Source: the human T2T-CHM13v2.0 reference genome, Homo sapiens
NCBI GenBank assembly: GCA_009914755.4
Contig: CP068257.2
Location: forward strand, 28,960,001-29,024,000
Direction of reading: 5' to 3'
Length of the DNA: 64,000 bases
How positions within the stretch are numbered: position 1 is the first letter of the stretch; each line of letters starts with the position of its first letter. Under the pieces are notes generated by a model, which saw nothing but the letters and a program-made list of their open reading frames with translations, was not told where the DNA came from and did not search any database. This document shows positions 11,822 to 25,470 of this stretch, piece after piece. The position numbers and the translations under genes were made by a program.

Positions 11822-14800
11822 GAGGCAGAGGCAGAGCAAGATGGCAAGATAGAAAGCTCCACCAGTTGCCTCCCCTCCCCCAACAAGGACAGCAAGTTAA
11901 CAACTATCTACACCAAAAAAAAAACACCTTCATAAGAACCAAAAATAAGGTAAACACTCATAGTACCTGGTTTTACTTCATACTGCTGAAGGAGGTACTG
12001 AACAGATAGAAGACACAGTCCTGGATTGCTGATGCCAACCTCCCCACATCCCCAACAAGGGCAGCCTGGTGCAGAGAGCATCTCTGGGTGCTGGAGGACA
12101 GAGAACACAGCAATTGTGAGGCATTAAACTCAGTGTTGTTCTGTTAGAGCAGAAAGGAAAGCCAGGGCAAACTCAGCTGACACTCACGGACACAAGGGAG
12201 CATTTACACCAGGCCTGACCAGACAGGAATCACCGATCCCTGTGGTCCAAACTTGAGTGCCTGCAAACCTCTCCATCAAGGGCCAAAGTGTTCTCTCTCT
12301 CTAAGTAAACTTGAAAGGCAATCAAGGCCATAAGGACTGCAACTTCTAGGAAAGTCCTAGGGCTGAACCAGGCCAAGAGCCAGTGGACTGGAGGGGAGGG
12401 GAGAATGCAACATACTGAGACACCGCTTGGACAGTGAAGGGAATGTTGGCTTCATCTCTTCCATAACCTTAGGGGCTACACAGCTCACAGCTCCAAAAGA
12501 GTCCTCTTCCTTCTCTTTGAGGGGAGGACTTTGTCTTGTATCTTGGATTCCAGCTCAACCACAGCAGAATAGGGCAGCAGAGTTGTGAGGCCCCCTTTCC
12601 AGGGCCTAGCTTGCAGACAACATTTCTAGACACACCCTGGGTCAGAAGGGAAACTACTGCCTTGAAGGAAAGGACCCAGCATTTATCACCTGTTAACTAA
12701 AGAGCCCTAGAGTCCTGGATAACTAGCAGTGATACCCAGGTACTATACTGAGGGCCTTGGTGAGCCTCTGAGATTTGCTGGCTTCAGGTGAGACTCAGTA
12801 CATTCCCAGCTGTGGTGGTTACAGGGCAAAACTCCTTCAGCTTCAGAAAAGCAGAAGATAAAGTAAAGGGGACTTTATCTCACACCTTAGGTACCAACAC
12901 TGCCACAAGGGGATAGAGCACCAAGCAGGCTCTTGCGGGTCCCTGAATCTAAGACTTGACACTTGGATGGCATTGCTGGGCCTGCCCCGGGCCAGAGAGG
13001 AATCCATTGCCCTAAAGGGTGAGTCCTAGGCAAGGCAGCATTCACCACAGCTGACTTAAGGAAACTTGGGCCTGAGGGGAATACAGGAGGTACTCTGTCA
13101 ATACTCCTCATGGCCAGGGGTGGCAGTGGCTACAAGATGAGGCTCCTCATCTTTGGAAAGGAAGGGAAGAGTGGGAAGGACTGTGTCTTGTGGTTTGAGT
13201 GCCAGCTCAGCCACAATACAATAGAATACCAGGAAAACTTCCAAAGTTGTTGACTCTAGTCCCTGACACTCAGATGGCATTTCTAGACCCACCTGAGGCC
13301 TGGGGAACTTCACTGTCCTGAAGGGAAGGACACAGGCCTGGCTGGCTTTGCCACCTGCTGATTGAAGAGCACCCGGGCCTGAGCAAACATAGGCAGTAGC
13401 CAGGGAGTGGTTACAGCAGGCCTTGAGTGAGAATCTTAGCACCGTGCTAGCTTCAGGTTTGACCCAGTGCAGTCATAGTGGTGTTGGCCATAGTGGTGCC
13501 TGTGGCACTCCACCCCCAGCTTTTAGTGACTCAGAACAGAAACAAAAACTCTGTATATTTGGGAGAAAAAAATAGAAGAAAACAAGAGTTTCTGCCTGGT
13601 AGTCCAGAGAATTCTCCCAGATCTTGTCTGGGAGACATCAAGAAAGTACTTCTATGAGTCTGCAAGAACCACAGCATTACTGGGCTTGAGGTGCCCCCAA
13701 AAGTAGAAACAGCTTAGATCACAGCACCCAGGTCCTTTCAAATATCTGGAAAGCCTTCTCAAGAAGGACAGCTACAAATAAGCCCAGGCAGTGAGGACTA
13801 CAATAAATACCTAACTCTCTAATGCCCAGACACTGAAGAATACCTACTAGCGACAACACCATCCAGGAAAACATGACACCACCAAATGAACTAAATAAGC
13901 CACTGGCAACCAAGCCTGGAGAAACAGAGATATGTGACCTTTCAGAGAGAGAATTCAAAATAGATGGGTTGAGGAAACTCAAAGAAATTGAAGATAACAC
14001 AAAGAATTAATTCAGAATTCTATCAGATAAACTTAACAGAGATTAAAATAATTAAAAAGTGTCAAGCATAAATTCTGGAGCTGAAAAATGCAATTGGCAT
14101 ACTGAAGAATGATGCCTTGTTTAGAAAACCTCATCGTTTTAGCCCAAAAGCTTCTTAAGCTGATAAGCAACTTTGGCAAAGTCTCAGGATACAAAATCAA
14201 CGTGCAAAATTCATTAGCATTTCTATATATCAACAACAGACAAGCAGACAGTCATATCATGAATGAACTCCCATTCACAATTGCTACAAAGAGAATAAAA
14301 TATCTAGGAATGCAGCTAACAAGGGAAGTGAAGGACTTCTTCAAGGAGAACTACAAACCACTGCTCAAAGAAATCAGAGAGGATGCAAACTAATGAAAAA
14401 ACATTCGATGCTCATGGATAAGAAGAATCAATAATGTGAAAATGGCCATACTGCCCAAAGTAATTTATAGATTCAATGCTATTTCCGTGAAACTACTGTT
14501 GACATTCTTCACACAATTAGAAAAAACTATTTTAAAATGTATATGAAACAATAAAAGAGCTCAAATAACCAAGATAATCCTAAACAAAAAGAACAAAGAT
14601 GGAGGCATCATGCTACCCAACTTCAAACTGTACTACAAAACTATAGTAATCAAAACAGCATAGTACTTGTACAAGAACAGACACAAAGATCAATGGGACA
14701 GAACGCAGAACTCAGAAATAAGACCACACACCTAAAACCAACTGACTTTCAGCAAACCTGGCAAAAGCAAGCAATGGGAAAATGATTCCCTATTTAAAAA

Positions 14801-14925
14801 ACAGTGCTGGGAGAACTAGAACCATATGCAGAAAATTGAAACTGGACCCCTTCCTTGCACCTTATGCAAAAATTAACTCAAGATGGATTAAGGACTTAAA
14901 AGTAAAACTCAAAACTCATGTGGCT
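11822..14925 (+). mobile_element. LINE-1 of older L1PA/L1PB type. It has its 5'UTR with internal repeats, the ORF1 start, and then a mid-ORF2 segment after an internal deletion. An Alu is inserted at its 3' side.
   Basis: 'ggcagagcaagatggcaagatagaaagctccacc' is the L1 5' end. ORF1 begins '..MTPPNELNKPLATKPGETEIC..'. The ORF2 stretch '[24 protein letters not shown]...[37 protein letters not shown]' is the 94-aa track ORF at 14109..14393. Confidence 0.75.
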
Positions 14926-15238
14926 TTGGGTTGTTTGTTTGTTTGTTTGTTTTTTGAGACAGGTTTCATTCTGTCACCCAGGCTGGAATTCAGTGGCATG
15001 ATCTCTTCTCACTGCAACCTCTGCCTCCCAGGTTCAAGAAATTCTCCTGCCCCAACCTCCTGAGTAGCTGAGGCTACAGACTTGCACCACCACACTTGGC
15101 TAATTTTTGTAATTTTACTAGAGACAGGGTCTCACTATCTTATACAGGCTGGTCTCAAACTCGAGGCCTCAAGTGATTCTCCCACCTCCACTTCCCAAAG
15201 TGCTGGGATTACAGGTGTTAGCCACCACACCTGGCCTT
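14925..15238 (-). mobile_element. AluS, antisense, preceded by a (GTTT)n stretch.
   Basis: Reads '...gagacaggtttcattctgtcacccaggctggaattcagtggcatgatctc...cccaaagtgctgggattacaggtgttagccaccacacctggcc'. Confidence 0.85.
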
Positions 15239-15299
15239 TCTTGCTGCTTTCAAGATCTTTTCCTTTATCTTTACTGGTCATGGTTTAGCTATGATATTT

Positions 15300-17479
15300 G
15301 GGGTGTTAATTTTGTTTTGTTTTGTTTTCTTCTTTCACTTGAATTACTTATTGACATGTCCTAAATAGGGACAGTGAATATTAATCTAGAATTACCAATT
15401 ATAATATAAACACTATTAAAATATTAGATTTCAATGATAAACAAACACTGAAAGCTCTCAGGAAAACCATTACATAATTTACAATAGGAAAATAATTAGG
15501 CTATTCATCGGAATTTTCAAAAGTGACATTCAAAGAAAGACAAAAAGAAAAGCATTTTAAAGAACCTAATAAAAGAAAGCGTTATCCAAGTTCTTTATAT
15601 TTAACAAAGCTGCCCTCCATATATCAATGGAGTAGAACAACAGCTTCCTACATACAAAAAGTAGACATTTTTGCATCCACAAGCCCATATAGAGTAACAC
15701 CCTAGAGGGTGAGCATCATCTAATCAAGGGATGAATGGGAAGTGTTAAGCAAAGTATTGAATATATATGTGTGTATGTGTGCATCTGTGAGTGTGTGGGG
15801 ATACAAACATATGTGTTTTGGTATGAATGTATGTGTGTATGTATGTGTGTGATGATATGAATTTGGTGTGCTACCAAATATAGGGATTAGATGGGAGGAT
15901 TAATAATACATAAATAATATATTTTGTGATGGAAAAGTAGTTATAATCCAACTAAATGACAAAGGGATAATAGAAGAAGAATGGAAGAGGAAAAGAGAAC
16001 AAGCTAATTGTTGTTTTATAGACGAGAGGAAGTTAAATAATATTAATATAAGCTATTGTGTCAGATAATAAAATGTTAAATTTAAAAAGAGGGAACAGAG
16101 AACATTAAAATTAGTATATATACAAAGGTAACCAGATAGCCACTAATATAACTACCAACCATCAAAATACCATTTAAAATTTTTTTTTATTTTTGTGGGT
16201 ATTCATTAAAGCATAAAGAATAGGACCAAACATACCAGTCATGGCAATACATGTGAATTTAATTAATTAAAATAAACATTTTAAATTTGGCTGTTGAACT
16301 AAGCCTAACTATATGTTTTATATAAACACCTGAAACAAAATGATTTCAAAATGCAAAATTAAAGCCATGCACAAAGGTGTCTGGGAAAAAAATCCCAATA
16401 GAAAACATAACAACTCCACTGTCAGATAGATAGAAATGAGGGAAAAGGCATTAAAAGTGATAAAGAAGAAAACTTACCAAGCAAGAGACACGCAAATCAC
16501 AAGATATCTATTATATATATATATGTATATTTATGCACCAAATAATGCTAAGACCCCCTTTATGAAGACACAGATACCAGATACATGCCACTGAGAGACA
16601 TAAGTAGAAACACACTAATAAGCAGCACTCTTGGAACAAGACAGATCAAGTGGAAAAAATAAACAAGCAGAGATAAGATCTAAACAATATATTCAAAAGG
16701 TAGCTCTCATTTATATAGACTGACCTTTATGCCTTGATAATAATGACCTTTATGCCCTGATAATAAATAATATACCTTTTTTCTCCAGTTCTCATGGAAC
16801 ATCCACACAAAGGTCATACATAATGTCCGGCAGAAAAGATTCGTTTTATAAAACAGAAATAATGGGAAAGGTACTCTCTGATGTCACACAACAATATTAA
16901 TAACTACTAACAAGAACAAAGAACAGAAAAATCCTTTAACCTGGAAAGTAACAAGCCTTGTATTTAAAAAAATGTTCTTTGTTGAAAGAAGACATACAAA
17001 TATAATTACCAGTTTTCAATAATTAATGATAGTTTAAATAATCTGTAACAGGGCCTATGAGAAATATTTTTAAAGTGGTTAGGAACAATTCATAGCACTG
17101 ACATGTTATCAGTAAAAATAGAAGAAAATAAATTAATATTATGAAATATTAATTATATTTCATTAATTATGTAATATGAATTATGTTTTAGCTCAAATAT
17201 TTCCCAAGGGACAATTAAGTAAATGAAAAATACACAAAGATTAAAATAATAAATAGAGAAGGAGATATTAATGAGGTACAAAAAGAAAAAATACATGTAA
17301 TCACATGAAATGCTATTATTTGAAAGATTAACAAAACTTGTAAACTACCTGCTAACTTGATCAAAGAAAAAAATCGAGAAACCATATGCGCAATTAATAG
17401 TAAGAGGGAAATAAACATTGAAACAGAAGACATTTGAAATACCATATAAGACTGGGTTTCAGAGCTCTATGTACGTAAA

Positions 17480-17480
<1 letters not shown>
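15300..17480 (+). mobile_element. Degenerate ancient L1 (L1M-type) ORF2 5'-region fragments with embedded simple repeats.
   Basis: AT-rich. A recognisable L1 ORF2 N-terminal-like stretch runs to about 17480 and contains '..gatcaaagaaaaaaatcgagaaaccatatgcgcaattaatagtaagagggaaataaacattgaaacagaagacatttgaaatacc..'. A (TG/TA)n-rich tract lies at about 15770-15870. Confidence 0.35.
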
Positions 17481-18728
<1,248 letters not shown>

Positions 18729-18919
18729 CAAAGTTTTTTAAAAAAGGACTTTAAGGGACAGTTTTTAAATAAAGAAGAAAAATAAAAATTAACAACAGAA
18801 AAGCCCAAACCCAGATGATTTCTCAGGAGACTTCTACCAAATATTTAAAGACAAAGCAATCCCAATATTGTACAAATTGTCAAAGAGCACTTAAAATGAA
18901 GGACAACTTCCTAATTCCT

Positions 18920-19290
18920 ATTATGAAGGGTGTATAGTCATCCCCACTTATCCCAAAGGATAAGTTCCAAGATGCCCAGTGAATACTTGAAACCAAGATA
19001 GTAACAAAGCCTATATGTAGTATGTTTTTTCTGTATACATACATACCTGTGATAAAGTTTAATTTACAAAATAGTCACAGTAAGAGATTAACAACAATAT
19101 CTAATAATAGAAGGAACGTATAACAATTACTGTAAAAACAAGTTATGTAAATACAGTCTTTCTCTTTCCCCACCCATCTCTCTCTCTCTCTCTGAAAATA
19201 GTTTAATATTTTCTCACAGTGGCTGATCTTGGGTAACTGAAACTACAGAAACTGAAATTATGGTTAAGGGAAAACTACTGTATGCACTGA
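18920..19290. mobile_element. TcMar-Tigger-type DNA transposon fragment: a Tigger2-like non-autonomous copy retaining both termini.
   Basis: One end, '..ccccacttatcccaaaggataagttccaagatgcccagtgaatacttgaaaccaagatagtaacaaagcctatatgtagtatgttttttctgtatacatacatacctgtgataaagtttaatttac..', resembles the reverse complement of the Tigger2 terminus. The other end, '..gggtaactgaaactacagaaactgaaattatggttaagggaaaactactgtat', resembles the Tigger2 terminus directly. The family is recalled from memory and needs a Dfam check. Confidence 0.4.
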
Positions 19291-20342
19291 ATTTGCAGTG
19301 AGAAGAATCAACATGCCCAGTGATTGCTGCCTCCACATGTCCGTACTCTTGTGTAAGCCCCTCTCTGTGAGTGAGGGTGAGACCTGTTGCTTTTAGCCAA
19401 TAGAATATGGTGTATGTTTATGATTATGTGTGCTTATGTGATTATGTTACATAAGACTGTAGTACCCATCTTGCTGGAGTCTCTTGCCCTCCCTTGCTGG
19501 TTTTGAAAAACAAGCAATTATGTTTCAAAACCCCTTTGACAAGGAACTGTGAGCATCCTTTTGGAGGTGAGGGTTGCCTCCAAAAGATAGCTAGCAAGGC
19601 ACTGCAACAAATGGCCAACAAGAAAATGAAAATGAGCCCTTTAGTCCTACAACTGCAAGGAACTGAATTCTGCTAACAAAGGCATGACCTTGGAAATGGA
19701 TCCTTCCCCAGATAAGCCCTGGGTACAATCAGCCCCATTTAAGATCTTGAATTGCAGCCTTGTGAGACTTTGAAGCTTCTCGGTTTATACCTGAAATAGT
19801 GTTTTTATTTAATTATTATGGCCCACTATGCAGGTCAAATAGCTTTATAACCTATTACTAGCTTAGAGTATACTAGATTATAAAACTATTCCTTTGGTTA
19901 TGTCTCATTAAAAAATAGTTTCTTTAAAATGGAAGATTCAAAATGAAGGATATAGTAACAAGCATTCATTTATTTTAGGAGATATGCACAAGAAGGCTTC
20001 GGAAAATTAAATTTTTTCTTTGTTATGTGACAGACAGCAGGCAATGCATAACCCAACATATAAATGATAGGTACTTAATTTAGTATTGAGAATTACTCAG
20101 CACAACATAAATTCTTCCCCTACAAGCAAAGGAGGAAACTGAAATTTATTAAAAAGCTTACTTTTCTAAAACAATTGAGCTTTGAATTGGCAAAGAAACC
20201 TCTCTAGAAATTGTAAGAAAAATATCTCCCAAAGAATTTAATTGTTAGCTTTCATGCAAACTGAAACAAAAACTATTGGTAAGAAATTTTAAATATTAAA
20301 TGATTGACATAAACACCAGGTTTCTCTTCTGGATTAAATGTG

Positions 20343-20348
20343 TTTATT
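20343..20348 (-). promoter_or_regulatory. Polyadenylation signal (minus-strand AATAAA) for KRTAP6-1.
   Basis: 'tttatt' on the plus strand, about 285 nt 3' of the KRTAP6-1 stop on the minus strand. The homologous position downstream of KRTAP6-2 reads AATACA instead. Confidence 0.5.
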
Positions 20349-20628
20349 AGGTGAACAGAGAAAAAAGCTCCATCATAAAAGTCATCAAGGCAGATGATGT
20401 GACACCATCATTCTGATGAAAGGAGAACTGACAGGTGAATTTTACCTTATCCCGTTTCATGATGGAAATTCAAGATATTTGTAGGTTAGATGGTAGCTCA
20501 ACAACAGACCATATTAGACTTCCATTGCAGGATATCATCACTCAAGGGAAAATCTCAGAACATGTGGGCTTCAGAATTAGTGAATCTCAGTATCACAGGA
20601 TAGAGGGTGAGAGTCTCCCATGGCATCC

Positions 20629-20844
20629 TCAATAATAGTAGCCAGAGCCAGAGCCGCATCCATAGCCATAGCCACAGAGGGAGCGGGAGCCATAGCCATA
20701 GCCACAGCCCAGTCTGCGGAAGCCACAGCCACAGCAGGAGCCATAGCCACAGCCCAGGCCTCCATAGCCATAGCCCAGGCCTCCATAGCCACAGAACCCA
20801 TAGCCAGGGGTGCCATAGTAGTTTCCGTAGTAGCTGCCACACAT
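20629..20844 (-). CDS. KRTAP6-1: High glycine-tyrosine keratin-associated protein, 71 aa ([71 protein letters not shown]). Single exon.
   Basis: Complete 71-aa minus-strand ORF in the track. A TATA box lies about 80 bp upstream. It is a paralogue of the 5626-5814 gene, with homologous 5' and 3' flanks. Confidence 0.88.
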   Translation of the reverse strand: MCGSYYGNYYGTPGYGFCGYGGLGYGYGGLGCGYGSCCGCGFRRLGCGYGYGSRSLCGYGYGCGSGSGYYY

Positions 20845-20923
20845 GGTGTTGGTTGTGGAGGTTGTCCTTGGGTAGGAGGAAGTGTAGGTGACTTCAGTAT
20901 GAACACTTCCCCTGCAGAGGGCC

Positions 20924-20933
20924 TTTTATATGC
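20924..20933 (-). promoter_or_regulatory. TATA box (minus-strand CATATAAAAG) for KRTAP6-1.
   Basis: 'cttttatatg' on the plus strand, identical to the KRTAP6-2 element. Confidence 0.7.
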
Positions 20934-23315
20934 CTCAGTGTGGGTGGGAACCATACACAAGTCATGCCATTGGCTAATTTGAAGGACCAGCATGAGTAAT
21001 TTGTTGACTCTTGGTTTTCAATCGTGGCCTTGTGGCATTTAGAACATTTTCTATTGTTCAGCCACATCTGAAACATTTGTGCATCTTTAATGAGCATCAA
21101 CTGTCTGATCTTTAAAACTCTACTCACACCAGACATTCAAATTACCATTTTCCAACCAGCCTTTATGGCAAGAAATAGCATTTTAGTAAACAAACTGACC
21201 TGTTCTAAACAACCAATAATTTTACCTTATTTTTGCTGACATTCAACAGGTCATGGTAATCTCCCTTGAGCTTGAGTTTCTCCATCTCTTTCCTGCTGCT
21301 CCAAACCCATTGTTTTCCTTTAGGAATTCTTCTCATTTTCACATGAGAGATGGTTTTCTTTTAAAAGCCAGAAAGTGTCACTCAGCTTCCAGAGACTGTT
21401 GACACAAAGCCAATAGTTTGAAATTCTAAAATACCAGGCATGAGAAAACTATACTTTTCTTTCTCACATCAATATTTCCTTTTGTGACTGTTTTAAAACA
21501 ATAGTTCTTTCCCATAGTTTCAAATTCGTAATCAATGAGGTTTCATTTTATTTATAAAATTGTATTTTTATAAAAATTTTCCTGAAATTTCAAGGCATTT
21601 GTTATATTTGTGTTCTGGCTCAAAAGTAAGTATAGGTATTTTCATATTTAAAACAATAATACTGGCAGAAGTATCTTTTCATGCAACCTACTATATTTCC
21701 ACCATCAAACAAGAAGTCTTTGGCAAAATATGAGACTATGAGGAACATGTTACTATAGCCTAATCTTTTTTCAAAGCAGTGAAGATCAGAGCTAAATTGA
21801 ATGATTAAGTCAAGTAGCCCTCTGGACTTATATTCTTAGTAAGATGACTTTATAAGAGTGAGTTGAATATAGTAAATAAGAGTAAAATATCTGTAATGTG
21901 CTTTCTAGGCTCAAATTTTACCTCTACTATCCATAGCTGTCTGACCACTGTTAACTACATGCTTCAGCTGCCCTATCTGCAAATGGGATTGTAATAATGA
22001 TACCTACCCCACAAGGAAATTTAGAAAATCAAATCTTTTGATACATACCAGACACTTTGAATAGTGTTTGGTTCATAGTAGGAACCAGAATACTAGAATA
22101 AATTTTGCTGTCTTTACTTATTTCATCCCATCCCTGTTTTTCTGGATAGAAGCTTCAGTAGAGAGTTGATCAATTGAATAAGAGAACTCAGGCATGCTTA
22201 AGTTCTCATTTAGGGGCATTATGTCCTTGAAGCTGAAGGGAAGAGAAACTCTGCATTGAGGATGTACATCTAACAACAGAGAAAGTCACATCCTGGTTTT
22301 ACTGAGAAGGGGAAAGTCCTACCAAGTTCCCCAACACACATAGCACAAGCAGGGGGAGATACAATGATTGGTTCTCACCCAGGTGGATCTGAGTGGAGAC
22401 TCATTGATTTCCTTACTACAACCAAAGACTGTTCTGGCTGTAGAGACCCAAGGATGTAACACTTCATGCTAGGTAATGGATTGAACAGAGTTTTATTTTT
22501 GTGGCAGTGGAAAATGGCAATATGTGTTATGCCATCCAAAGGTGTCAGTGCAGAACAGGTATGGTCCTCCTCAAAACCAACAGCATATCACTGCACATCG
22601 AAGCACACCTCAGGCAGAGAATGAGGAGTGGTAATGTCTTTATTGTAATTGTATTTTAATACTGACAACCAGAAAGTGATTGAATTTTGTTGAGTTTACC
22701 TGAAAGGGACAAGAATAAATGTTTTGCCATTTAGTGGAAATAATGAATCAAGATAGAATTTGGTATAACAGTAAAATAAAGTGCATTTGTACGTTTGTAA
22801 AGTTGTATCCTGTAAAAATGTTACCTGACTTATGTATTTAAAGTGAAATAAACTGTTCTATCTCTGAAGAAATATTGGGCAATATTACAGATCTCATACT
22901 CGAAAGACTTGCCCCTTAGGCACATCTGTCTCCCCAAAGCCATGCAGACAGACTTCTTCAACTGCAACTGGTAGATGAATGTAAAGGAATTAACAAGCCA
23001 AAACCAATTTGAATCAGATGAGATTTGCATAGTTTCTGTTATTTCATAGAATCTCATCATGAAATTTTAGTATGTGCTCTCAGGAAAAAAGGATGTTAAA
23101 ACCAGGTTAAAAAAAATCTGTCATTCAAATCACATTCTTTGATTGTGAAAATCTTGACACAACACTAGAGGAATCCTAGCTATGAAGGCTTCACTATGCC
23201 TAATGAAATAAGAGATTTATGAGAGTGTTGCCTTGGCGGTGTTAGCGGTCAACCCAAAATAATTCATAATAAGAGCAACATTGCCTGTGATTTGCCACAC
23301 CTACTACTGAGGAAG

Positions 23316-23323
23316 TATAAAAG
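23316..23323 (+). promoter_or_regulatory. TATA box (TATAAAAG) for KRTAP20-1.
   Basis: Lies 72-79 bp upstream of the ATG at 23395. Confidence 0.7.
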
Positions 23324-23394
23324 ACCTGTGAAGATGGAGATGTTCAAATTCAAGAACATCCTCTTCTACACCTGAACCATCCATTTCTGACACC

Positions 23395-23565
23395 ATGATT
23401 TACTACAGCAACTATTATGGTGGCTATGGGTATGGTGGGCTTGGCTGTGGCTATGGCTGTGGTTATCGTGGCTATGGATGTGGTTATGGTGGCTATGGAG
23501 GCTATGGAAATGGCTACTACTGCCCATCTTGCTATGGAAGATATTGGTCATATGGTTTCTACTGA
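23395..23565 (+). CDS. KRTAP20-1: High glycine-tyrosine keratin-associated protein, 56 aa ([56 protein letters not shown]). Single exon.
   Basis: Hand translation from the ATG at 23395 to the TGA at 23563-23565. The ORF is under 60 aa, so it is absent from the track; the track shows antisense and off-frame artefact ORFs at 23366..23569 (-) and 23478..23726 (+). Confidence 0.85.
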   Translation: MIYYSNYYGGYGYGGLGCGYGCGYRGYGCGYGGYGGYGNGYYCPSCYGRYWSYGFY

Positions 23566-23773
23566 ACAATTCTAGAGCTCACCAGATTTGTCTGCTTGTG
23601 AAACCTGGATTCTCATGCTGCTCTTGTTCATCTGATCCTGTGTCTTCAAAACAGCAGAAACCTAAACTAGGCTATTATCAAAGAACTACAGATGCTGTCT
23701 TTCTCTGGTTCTGTTGTGCAAGATGATAAAGAATAGGTTTTAAAATGCAATTCTTTGATTCTTAAGTCCTTTA

Positions 23774-23779
23774 AATAAA
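23774..23779 (+). promoter_or_regulatory. Polyadenylation signal AATAAA for KRTAP20-1.
   Basis: About 210 nt downstream of the stop codon. Confidence 0.5.
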
Positions 23780-24879
23780 TTTAGTCTGTTTGCAAATATA
23801 GTGTGTTTTCATGTTTATTATTTTCATTGTCAACTTTGCATGTGGATGATGGTAAGATGGAAACCTGTGGATAATTACTATCCCAAGGGGTTGACACTAC
23901 ATCTTATTTCATTTTCCTATTTTTTGTCCTTCTGTATATTTCTCACACTATTTAAAACTGAGCTTCTGTAGGGACACAGTTGATTGCTTTCTCTTCAAAT
24001 AATTTCTACTTGTAGCTTGACAAGCTACACACCTAAGGCTGGTGGCTGCATGCTGCTGACTGTCCTTGTTTCTCCAGAGCACATAGAAACACATACACAT
24101 TTTAAGTTGTGGCTTCCATGAGTTTTCCAAGTTGTCTGCCTTCTGGTAGCTTCATCACTATGAAGCCTCTCAGTTGCCTGATGTTGTTGATATAGATCCT
24201 GTATACAGGAAGTGCTGTGCCATGTCTGGGAACCTGGATGTCTTTATAGGAAATCTCTTTATGATAGGCGATTTTGATAATGAAGTTCATTTCATATTTC
24301 ATTGCATTCATGCAACAGCTCCTAAAGTATTCTAGGCATGCTGCTATATTGGGAGAGAGCATCTTTTCATGAATATTCAAGATTATTTCTGTTGTAATAT
24401 TACTAAATTTTATCTAGTTGTATACTTTATAAAACTGGTATTTGTGTACTATTAGAATATTCTAATTGGGTTTTACATTTTTTCCAAACGGAAGAGTTTT
24501 AGTGAATTTTTACCACATGGTATGAAAATCAAACTTCTCAATTAATCTGTAAAAATAAACTATTGACATTAAGGAAACTATATTAGGGAAATTTAAAAAA
24601 CAAGTTATACAACTAGATAATGGGATTAAAAGTTTGTATCATGATTTAATGAATACAGCAAACAATATATCTTTTCCAGTAATTAGAATAAAATGAATCT
24701 AGAAACAGAACTCCAAATCTATGCATTGCCAGTTCTTAAAATTTTCTAAAATATCAAAACATACCTAAAATAATATATTTACTATTATACATATTGTATA
24801 TGTGTTATTGCTAATGATTATTAGCAATAACACATGTATAAAATTTATAAATAAATGGTTGAATTGAAATTGGGAATGC

Positions 24880-25470
24880 AGGTTCAAAATATTTACAGTA
24901 TGGTTTTCTCATCTCACAAGTTTGAAGATCTCTGCTCTCGACCAAATTTTCTCAAGGTGTGGTCTAGGGACGCATGTGGGAACCAAAGACCCTTTTGAGG
25001 TCTCGATAAGGGCAAAATTATTTTCATAATACATTTTTCATTTTTACTGCCATACATTCATGAATGAACGGTGGAATTTTCCAGATATATGCATGTTATC
25101 ACAACAGACTAAAAGCTAAATCAGATATGAGAAACTGTCTTCCATTAAGCGAGACATTAAAGAGATTGACCAAACATGTAAAACATTCCACTATTCCTAA
25201 GAAGTTTTTGCTCTAAAAAAATTATGTTTCTAAAAATATGAAATTATGACTGTTATTTTGAAATTGATTAACTCATATTTTAAAATCATCAATTTTAATT
25301 TTAAAAAGATGAATATCAGTAAATATAACACATAAAGAATGGCTTTTCAAGATCCTCAGTAAGTTCTTTTATGATCGAAGAGTTTTAAAATCATTACTCC
25401 AAACAAACTAATCCTATCCACCATTATTTCTTGGTGGTACGTTACTTGAGACAGAAGCATGCCTGAAATA
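24880..25470. mobile_element. Possible hAT-type (Charlie/MER-like) DNA transposon fragment.
   Basis: '..ggtctagggacgcatgtgggaaccaaagacccttttgaggtctcgataagggcaaaattattttcataatac..' resembles a hAT-Charlie consensus stretch. The assignment is from memory only. Confidence 0.25.

Noticed and set aside
20555-20993. Four overlapping 71-138-aa ORFs on both strands over KRTAP6-1: 20555..20842 (-), 20577..20993 (-), 20607..20891 (+) and 20620..20982 (+). Similar stacks lie over KRTAP20-2 (42146..42463) and KRTAP20-1 (23366..23726).
   Set aside because: They are artefacts of the GGC-TAT-GGC-TGT codon periodicity, which keeps several frames and the antisense strand free of stop codons. The products are Leu/Trp-rich or HSHSHS peptides. 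Only the frame with the TATA-proximal Met, the KAP composition and paralogue support is real.
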